DNA from: Coleofasciculus sp. B1-GNL1-01
GTDB taxonomy: Bacteria; Cyanobacteriota; Cyanobacteriia; Cyanobacteriales; Coleofasciculaceae
DNA length: 22,658 nt
Reading direction: 5' to 3' (one strand)
NCBI GenBank assembly: GCA_040220235.1
Contig: JAVJTO010000120.1
Shown here: piece after piece, positions 16,195-22,658 of the stretch
Layout: each line of letters opens with the position of its first letter
Position numbering within the stretch: position 1 is the first letter of the stretch
Translations under genes and position numbers: made by a program
The notes under the pieces: generated by a model
Databases searched by the model: none
What the model was told of the DNA's origin: nothing
The model's input: only the letters and a program-made list of their open reading frames with translations

Positions 16195-18471
16195 TTAATC
16201 CTCTAAATCTTCATTACTTGCCACACTACCGCCACTAACGGTTACCAAGTCAATTTGCTGACGGTAATAATCCACACTCTTAACTTGAACTTCGACATGA
16301 TCGCCCAATCGATACGCTGTGCGGTTTTTGCGACCAACTAAACAAGCATGACGAGAGCGATATTCGTACCAGTCATCTTTTAGGGAACTGACGTGAACCA
16401 ATCCTTCGACTAACAAGTCTTCAATTTCGACAAAGAAGCCATAGGATTGCACGCCTGTAATCAAACCACTGAAGACATTACCCGTGCGTTCTTTCATTTG
16501 CTCGGCTTTTTTCAAGCCCTCTAAATCAATCTCCGCATCTTCGGTGAGTTTTTCCCGGTCATTGAGATGGGGAACCAAGGTGCTTAATTGACTTTCTAAC
16601 TCCTGTTGAGTCTCAGGGGGTAAAACATTCCAGTTAATGTTGCCATGGGCGCTACTGTGGTGGAGATTCACCCGATCTTTCGACCGAGTGGTACGGCGAT
16701 CGCGTCCTTCGCTAAAGGTGTATTCTAAAACCCGTTGAACAAATAAATCCCCATAGCGCCATACGGGGGAGACAGCGTGGCAATAGCTGGTATCCAAGGC
16801 TAAACCAAAGTGCAATCCAGGCTTAGAACTATAGGCGATCGGTTTTAAGGTTCCCTCAAGTAAGTGATTCAGAACTTTAGCCGCCGTTGATTTCGCCAAA
16901 AGTTGGGTCAAGCGCTGATAATCTTGGGACGTGACATCTTCCTCCAAGGATTGCTCGACATCCAGTCCCAAATTGTTGGCTAACTTGAGTAAATCTTCCA
17001 GTTTTTCTAAATCGGGAGTCGGATGCACACAATAAATCCCTGGCAAGGATAAGGCGTGCAAATGGGACGCTATCACTTGATTTGCCAGGATCATCAATTC
17101 TGCCAGGAGCGATCGCAAGGGCATAGAACCCGAAACCTTGATCGCCCCTTGGCGTCCTTCATCTTTACTGTGGGGAGTGGGTCGAGCAATGGCTTCTTGG
17201 GGCAGTGTTCCATTCAATTCAAACGCGCCCCGTTGTTGTCGCACGGCTCTGAGTGCTGGAGATAAGCTGAAGAAGAGTTCCTTGAGTTTGTCTACAATCG
17301 GTGCGAGTTCGGGTTCGCTTTCTTCATGTCCGCCCAACAACGCCTGTGCTTGTTCATAACTGAGTTGGTGATCCACTTGGATGATACTAGGTTGAATTTC
17401 AAATTCAACCAGTTGTCCAGATTCCGTTAACGTGAGCAGCACGGACTGGGTTAAACGATCTTCACCGGGAATCAGGGACACTTGAGATAGGAGTTTTTCC
17501 GGCAGCAGGGGAAGAACCGTATCGCCCAAATACACAGCCGTTCCTCGCTTGCGTGCCTCTCTATCCAGGGGTGAATCGAGGGGTATCCAATGGGCGACAT
17601 CAGCGATATGGATACCTACTTGCCAATTTCCAGTCCTGGTTTTTTCCAAGGTCAAGGCATTTTCGACAATGGTGCTATCTGGGGAGGCTGACTCGCCTTC
17701 TATCGTCATCGTCAGTCGTTTCCGCAGATCCAGGCGCTTTTTTAAGTCTGTTTTGCGGAGGGAGTCGGGTAAGGCTTCAATCGCTTGCAGTACAGGTTCA
17801 GGAAACTGACGGCGTAGGTCATGTTTACAACAGACAATATCCGTATCAGCGGCGTCTTCGGCATCACTCCCTAAGATGCGAGCCACTTTGCCCAGGGGTG
17901 GGTTTTGTCCCAGGGGATAGCGCAGAACTTGCACATGAACCAGATGCTCCACCGCCTCTTCTAGGGGGGCGCTATTGGGTCGTAAATCCAGTTCAAAGAG
18001 CAGGCGGTCATCCAGAGGGACGGCGTGATAACTGCCATCTTCAGCCCGTCGGACTCGTGCTAGTACCGAGGGATTAACTCGTTCGAGAATCAAGCGTACC
18101 TGTCCTTCTGGAGAACGGCGACGACTCCCTTCTTTGGTCACTTTCACCAAAACGCGATCGCCATTCCAAGCGCTACTGAGATGATTCTTTTGAATGTAAA
18201 TATCATCAGCGCCTTCAACATCTTGAATGGCAAAGCAAAATCCTTTACTGGAGCAGCGCAGTTTGGCTTCGACCACATCCTCTTCATAGACTCGTCGATA
18301 TCGACCTCGTTCTTTTTCCAAAATGCCAACTTTCTCCAGCACATCCAGAGCAATCTGGAGTTTTTGCAGGCTTTCGGAGTCCTGACACCCCAGTTTCTTC
18401 TCTAAAACTTTGGGGGCGACTGATTTGTCATCGGTCAAATTGGAGAGTAATGTAGCGATTGAAAATTCCAT
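16195..18471 (-). CDS. RNase II/R family protein, cyanobacterial Zam-like (758 aa)
   Basis: Start MEFSIATLL, cold-shock domain (KGFCFA), RNB domain (HIADV, ELMILAN), S1 domain (GFFV...EGLVHVSSL). Confidence 0.92.
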   Translation of the reverse strand: MEFSIATLLSNLTDDKSVAPKVLEKKLGCQDSESLQKLQIALDVLEKVGILEKERGRYRRVYEEDVVEAKLRCSSKGFCFAIQDVEGADDIYIQKNHLSSAWNGDRVLVKVTKEGSRRRSPEGQVRLILERVNPSVLARVRRAEDGSYHAVPLDDRLLFELDLRPNSAPLEEAVEHLVHVQVLRYPLGQNPPLGKVARILGSDAEDAADTDIVCCKHDLRRQFPEPVLQAIEALPDSLRKTDLKKRLDLRKRLTMTIEGESASPDSTIVENALTLEKTRTGNWQVGIHIADVAHWIPLDSPLDREARKRGTAVYLGDTVLPLLPEKLLSQVSLIPGEDRLTQSVLLTLTESGQLVEFEIQPSIIQVDHQLSYEQAQALLGGHEESEPELAPIVDKLKELFFSLSPALRAVRQQRGAFELNGTLPQEAIARPTPHSKDEGRQGAIKVSGSMPLRSLLAELMILANQVIASHLHALSLPGIYCVHPTPDLEKLEDLLKLANNLGLDVEQSLEEDVTSQDYQRLTQLLAKSTAAKVLNHLLEGTLKPIAYSSKPGLHFGLALDTSYCHAVSPVWRYGDLFVQRVLEYTFSEGRDRRTTRSKDRVNLHHSSAHGNINWNVLPPETQQELESQLSTLVPHLNDREKLTEDAEIDLEGLKKAEQMKERTGNVFSGLITGVQSYGFFVEIEDLLVEGLVHVSSLKDDWYEYRSRHACLVGRKNRTAYRLGDHVEVQVKSVDYYRQQIDLVTVSGGSVASNEDLED

Positions 18472-18543
18472 CCAACAATCCTTTTTCTTTGATCCGGCGT
18501 TTACTTGAATTTGCCTAGTGGCAATACGCTCACGTGAAGGGCG

Positions 18544-18778
18544 CTCCCATTTAACTGGGGTAACGTTTGCCTTGCCAATGTTATGCCTCGGTACTTTCTC
18601 CAGCACACTGGCTTAACCCTGTACACCTGTTTAATGCTGAAGTTCTAGCAGCTCAGGGCTGGCACACACCCCAAGGTAGGAACTTTAACTCTTGGGCATA
18701 ACGTAGACCATGTAGGTCTTAGGCTCGTCAGGTATGGGCTTTTTCAAGCCCACGGCTGTAAGCCGAGAGGTTCCTGAC
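18544..18778 (-). ncRNA. IscB-type omegaRNA (HEARO-like) scaffold, orphan
   Basis: Minus strand GTCAGGAACC..GGGCTTGAAAAAGCCC..CCTGACGAGCCTAAG..CTACGTT..GTGCCAG..TTAAACAG..CCAGTG..AACATTGGCAAGGCAAACGTTACCC. Landmark order as I recall for HEARO, with intact stems. Confidence 0.8.
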
Positions 18779-18943
18779 AGAATGGGATCTGTCAGAATCA
18801 AACCGTCTTTTGCTGACGCGATCGCGATCAAGCGGATAGTGTTTGAGCTATCCAGTTTCAGGTTGACGGACACCTATTAACCCACGACCTGTTACGGATA
18901 ATTGCCGATCTTCGCTCGCTTAATCGCGTTGCGGCAAGGATGC

Positions 18944-20250
18944 GTAAACTACCCAACACCAACCCTTCCGGGTATAGTGTGGGCTTTTAGTAGCCCTGGT
19001 TCTATTGCACAGGACAATAGTTCCGAGCCTCCAGGCTGGTTTACTGCACAGCCCCATAACTCAATCATTTTTGCTCCATTAAAGTCCGCATCCCCTAGCC
19101 ATCCACACACCAAGTTTGTGCATTTAAACTGCTTGTTAGTTCTCTGTCCAATATGCAAGCAACAATGACAGGTCTGGCTGGTATAGGCTGGCGGTATGGC
19201 GATCATCTCAATCCCTTCTTTTATTCCTTTGTACTCTAGGAATATCCTTAACTGATAGAATGCCCAGGAATTTGACCGTCTTCTTTCGCTCTTTGTCCTG
19301 GGTTTTTCATTTGTTCGTTCCCGGATTCCGGTTAAGTCTTCAATCGCCACCGCCGACTTTAATGCCTTTGCTTCTTCTATGATTGATTTACTGATATTGT
19401 GGTTTATCCATTTCTGAAATCTTCTCTCGCGCCCCGATAACCGTTTCAAGACAGTCCGGCATCTTCGCCTTGTTGTCCTTGTGCCTTGGGTTGCTTTCTT
19501 TTGTAGAGAAGCTCTCACTCTAGTGTATTTATCTCGGGTCTTGTTTAGTTGCTTTCCCTCCCATCCTTTATCTGTACTGGTTTTCGCTATCTCCCTGCGT
19601 CCCAAGTCTACCCCAATCACAATGTTTGATTTAATCGGTTTGGGCGGCTCACTTTTGAGTTGTATATGCACATACCAATACCCGTCCCGATGCAGGCAAA
19701 CTTGGGCGCTGGTTGGTTTTTTTCCTGTCAATTTGTTCCGATGGTAGTTACTGGCACGAAGCAGACACCTTACCCGCTTCCCAATCGTGCTTAGGCTTAC
19801 TGTCCAGTCTTTCTCGAAAAACTGAAATGTTCTGGCATCACAGTCAAAAGTTGTCGGCTTAAAAGCGTTCACTTTTTTGCCTTTGTGTTTGGCTGTTAAG
19901 CGATTGGCGGCTACCCGGGCACAAGCTCTCACTACATGGTTTGATGTCAGCCCCCATTGGGCTTTGATGTCGTGGTAACAAACTGCCTGGATTGAATTTC
20001 GATTCGTTAGCTTTGGGTTAACTGTGGCATTTATCGCGTTACAAGCGGCAGCAAAACTTCCCGCCGTTTCCATGAGCAGCCTTTGTTGCTCTTCGGTGGG
20101 TTGAAGTCTTACAACTATTGTCAATACTTGCTTCACGTTTATCCAAAACTCACGAAAATGAGTATAATTCAAACTTTAACAGACTGGCAATTCCTCCCCG
20201 CGTTGAATCACAGATTACAATGGGGGCTTCCTTGCCGGAGTAGGTGAGTT
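18944..20250 (-). mobile_element. tnpB-only IS200/IS605-family element (IS1341-like)
   Basis: Right-end hairpin ending GTAGTTTAC at 18944. Left-end GGCAAGGAAGCCCC...GGGGAGGAATTGCC at 20186-20237. No tnpA. Left boundary approximate. Confidence 0.85.
18949..20136 (-). CDS. tnpB: RNA-guided endonuclease TnpB (395 aa from GTG)
   Basis: RuvC D (GVDLG), E (IEDL), D (DADFNGA); zinc finger YTSQTCHCC...CTNLVC. Confidence 0.95.
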   Translation of the reverse strand: MKQVLTIVVRLQPTEEQQRLLMETAGSFAAACNAINATVNPKLTNRNSIQAVCYHDIKAQWGLTSNHVVRACARVAANRLTAKHKGKKVNAFKPTTFDCDARTFQFFEKDWTVSLSTIGKRVRCLLRASNYHRNKLTGKKPTSAQVCLHRDGYWYVHIQLKSEPPKPIKSNIVIGVDLGRREIAKTSTDKGWEGKQLNKTRDKYTRVRASLQKKATQGTRTTRRRCRTVLKRLSGRERRFQKWINHNISKSIIEEAKALKSAVAIEDLTGIRERTNEKPRTKSERRRSNSWAFYQLRIFLEYKGIKEGIEMIAIPPAYTSQTCHCCLHIGQRTNKQFKCTNLVCGWLGDADFNGAKMIELWGCAVNQPGGSELLSCAIEPGLLKAHTIPGRVGVG

Positions 20251-20482
20251 ACACTCAACTGGGACAGTATGTCATTATTGTAGATTCTCGTGCCCCTACC
20301 TTGGAAGTCAACTGTCAAAAGTTATGCATTTGTGGCGTTAAATGTCTGTTGGTATGCCGAAGTGCAACAGACGCCAAGAATTGGTAAATTTGTACTAAAT
20401 CGCCGTTGATTAAAGGGTAGCTTGCACTTACCCCTTCTTGTCCTAGGGAGTTTCCCAAGCCCCAGGACTGTGGTTCGGGTCT

Positions 20483-20501
20483 ATGTAACATTATGTTACA
20501 T
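20483..20501. promoter_or_regulatory. 19-bp palindrome, candidate transcription-factor site
   Basis: ATGTAACAT-T-ATGTTACAT, about 100 bp upstream of ATG 20602. Confidence 0.45.
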
Positions 20502-20601
20502 GTTTGTGCAGACAGGCTCTCACCGTACTAATACTACTGTCGCTGTCTATGCCAACTGTCCAAAATGTACCCTGTTCATGTACCGCGTTGAGTCAAGTTT
20601 T

Positions 20602-21489
20602 ATGAATCCTACATTGAATAAATTCCGAGTTTCTTATCCTCAAGGGAGTCTGATCAGTGATCTTTTAGCGATCGATCACGGTCAGTATATTGTGCGCGTC
20701 AGTGTGGAAATTGATGGCGTAACCCGATCAACAGGTCTAGCTGCGGCTCAAACGGTGGAACTAGCAGAAGACCAAGCCAGACAACGAGCGATAACTGTTT
20801 TAGCGGTTGATCGGGAGAGTTCTACAGACACCGAAACATCTCTACCTCATAGCCACACCCAAACATCAGTGGCGGCTGCTGAGGTTCCCTCATCCCCTGA
20901 GTCGATTCCTAACTCGGCTCCCGCTTTTGCGGCAAAAAGGATGGTATCAAAACCTGAGGGTGAAGATACTCCAAGTCCTAGTCCAATCGATACCCACCCG
21001 ATATCGGCAAAACCCAGTCCACCCCCTGAACCAACGGAACCCCTCCCAAAGACGGTTGAACCACCTTCCCCCCCTAAGACAAAACCCAGTCCCCCCCCGG
21101 AACCGACAGTAACACTTCCTGAGACCGTTGAACCGCCCTCCTTAACGGAAGACGTATCAACATCAGAGACGCCTCTGTTTAAGGAAGAGACACCAACCCC
21201 AGTGGGAGTCACTCAATCGTCGTTAGAGCCAGAATCAACACCACCGCCACCTCCTGCACAAAAGGAAGCTGAACCCGATATCCAGAGTCAACCCAAATCC
21301 GAAACACCCATTGACTTTTCCGAAATTATTGCCCGAACCAATGTGGAACTCAAACGGCTAGGGTGGACGAATCAACAGGGACGAGATTACCTGATCGAAA
21401 CTTATGGTAAGCGATCGCGTCAGTTGTTAACCGATGAAGAGTTACTCGACTTCTTGCATCATCTGGAATTGGAACCGACACCCGACTAA
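20602..21489 (+). CDS. Conserved cyanobacterial hypothetical protein with Pro-rich linker (295 aa)
   Basis: N-domain YPQGSLIS...AEDQARQRA and C-domain ELKRLGWT..GRDYL..TYGKRSR..LTDEEL. 72-nt tandem duplication at 21009-21142. Confidence 0.85.
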   Translation: MNPTLNKFRVSYPQGSLISDLLAIDHGQYIVRVSVEIDGVTRSTGLAAAQTVELAEDQARQRAITVLAVDRESSTDTETSLPHSHTQTSVAAAEVPSSPESIPNSAPAFAAKRMVSKPEGEDTPSPSPIDTHPISAKPSPPPEPTEPLPKTVEPPSPPKTKPSPPPEPTVTLPETVEPPSLTEDVSTSETPLFKEETPTPVGVTQSSLEPESTPPPPPAQKEAEPDIQSQPKSETPIDFSEIIARTNVELKRLGWTNQQGRDYLIETYGKRSRQLLTDEELLDFLHHLELEPTPD

Positions 21490-21504
21490 TCAGATTTGAG
21501 GAAA

Positions 21505-21567
21505 GTAGGGGCGGGTTGAGTCACTTTCGTCTTGCTGTTGATGATAACGTTTGTGTAAAACCCGCCC
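21505..21567. repeat. Long REP-like inverted repeat between convergent genes
   Basis: GTAGGGGCGGGTT...AACCCGCCC. Confidence 0.75.
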
Positions 21568-21615
21568 AGACCGAGGTGTAGGGACGGGTTTCACGCTTGC
21601 CAAAATTAAAATTGG

Positions 21616-22224
21616 CTAGCCCACCGTTGCGGGAGTCCGGGTGGCGGAAGGACGCCGATTAATTACTTGATCAATTAAGCGGTAGTCCTTGGCTTCCTCG
21701 GCTGACATAAAGAAGTCCCGTTCTGTATCTTCAGCAATTCGATCTAGGGGTTGATCGGTATGTTCAGCCAGAAGCTGATTCAGCCGTTGTTTGTGATACA
21801 GGATTTCTTTTGCTTGAATCTCAATATCACTCGCTTGTCCTTGAGCGCCGCCTAAGGGCTGGTGAATCATAATTCTGGAATGGGGTAAGCTCATCCGTTT
21901 ACCCTTCGCCCCAGCACTCAGCAGAAACGCACCCATACTCGCCGCCAAACCCACACAGATGGTGCAGACATCGGGACGGATTTGATTCATGGTATCGTAA
22001 ATCCCCATTCCTGCGGTTACAGAACCGCCTGGGGAGTTGATGTAGAGATAAATGTCTTTTTCGGGGTCATCGGCTTCCAGGAATAAGAGTTGAGCCACGA
22101 TGAGGTTCGCCAAATCTGAGTCAACCTGTTGTCCCAGAAAAACAATGCGTTCCCGCAGTAGACGAGAGTAGATGTCAAAGGCGCGTTCACCGCGACCGGA
22201 TTGTTCGATAACTGTAGGAATCAT
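21616..22224 (-). CDS. clpP: ATP-dependent Clp protease proteolytic subunit (202 aa)
   Basis: [42 protein letters not shown]. Confidence 0.97.
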   Translation of the reverse strand: MIPTVIEQSGRGERAFDIYSRLLRERIVFLGQQVDSDLANLIVAQLLFLEADDPEKDIYLYINSPGGSVTAGMGIYDTMNQIRPDVCTICVGLAASMGAFLLSAGAKGKRMSLPHSRIMIHQPLGGAQGQASDIEIQAKEILYHKQRLNQLLAEHTDQPLDRIAEDTERDFFMSAEEAKDYRLIDQVINRRPSATRTPATVG

Positions 22225-22300
22225 GCCAATTACGGTAAGTTTATGCTCATATTCTTCTAGATTGTAGCGATTGACGCCGGATGAGGGGTGGAGGGGTTGG

Positions 22301-22336
22301 GGGAGATGGGGAAGATGAGGGAGATGGGGAAGATGG
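22301..22336. repeat. 9-mer tandem repeat GG(G/A)AGATG(G/A) x4
   Basis: Directly visible upstream of clpP. Confidence 0.8.
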
Positions 22337-22377
22337 GGTTCTGAACTGTTGCTGCTTAAATTGTAGAAAATTGTAGA

Positions 22378-22506
22378 TATAGCGCTACGCGCTAGGCAAT
22401 AGGCAATAGGCAATAGGCAATAGTGAAGACAAAAGCTTACCTGAAAAGGGATTGAGCGATTTTAATTTTTCTTGATTTTGTCCTAACGTGTGTGCGTAGT
22501 GCTATA
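22378..22506. mobile_element. MITE-like element with (GGCAATA)4
   Basis: Both ends identical to those of 4422-4566. Confidence 0.8.
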
Positions 22507-22556
22507 TATAGTAAAATTGAGTCGGCTTCTGTAGAGATGGTCGGGGGCGGCTGCTC

Positions 22557-22658
22557 ATGAAATTGGTAGAAAGACACATCATCAACCGAAATCATGCCAA
22601 TTGGCAGGAGGCAGATAAATTGGCATTTAAGTCAAAGAATCTGTACAACTTCTCTAAC
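22557..22658 (+). CDS. TnpB-family protein, N-terminus only (runs off the window)
   Basis: MKLVERHIINRNHANWQEADKLAFKSKNLYNFSN, an N-terminus typical of a cyanobacterial IS605 OrfB clade. Not in the ORF track. Confidence 0.75.
   Translation, partial: MKLVERHIINRNHANWQEADKLAFKSKNLYNFSN

Noticed and set aside
18700..18760. Hammerhead (CTGACGAG) or c-di-GMP riboswitch
   Set aside because: No stem II followed by GAAA core. The wider context fits an IscB omegaRNA better.
18472..18873. 45-aa extension of the RNase R-like ORF and the 62-aa ORF 18685-18873
   Set aside because: They overlap the omegaRNA-like structure. The family-like sequence starts at MEFSI.
20485..20499. NtcA box
   Set aside because: Spacing is GTA-N9-TAC, not N8.
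2555..21212. Numerous short antisense or overlapping ORFs in the track
   Set aside because: Shadow frames of well-supported genes with no motifs.
22225..22413. ClpP N-terminal extension (PHLPHL)
   Set aside because: Derived from the 9-mer repeat and MITE.

Overview
Chromosomal window of a filamentous cyanobacterium, inferred from at least 16 HIP1 GCGATCGC sites, STRR-type heptamers, GTAG-REP-like and MITE-like repeats, and cyanobacterial-type clpP and zam. The first ~4.6 kb is accessory. It holds two tandem paralogous XRE-HTH cassettes offset by 1040 bp, each with its own palindromic operator and a divergent hairpin leader. It also holds toxin-antitoxin remnants and a PEP-CTERM gene with an internally deleted paralog. 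The middle encodes TPR, YbhB, carotenoid oxygenase, HtrA, a truncated ZIP transporter, FkbM methyltransferase, Ca-type P-ATPase and an RNase II/R-family (Zam-like) protein with a degenerate active site. The right part carries an intact tnpB-only IS200/IS605 element. 165 bp further on the same strand is an orphan IscB-type omegaRNA (HEARO-like) with no iscB, lying directly upstream of the zam-like gene. The window ends with a conserved hypothetical gene, clpP and the start of a second tnpB. All family calls are by motif recognition; no searches were run.
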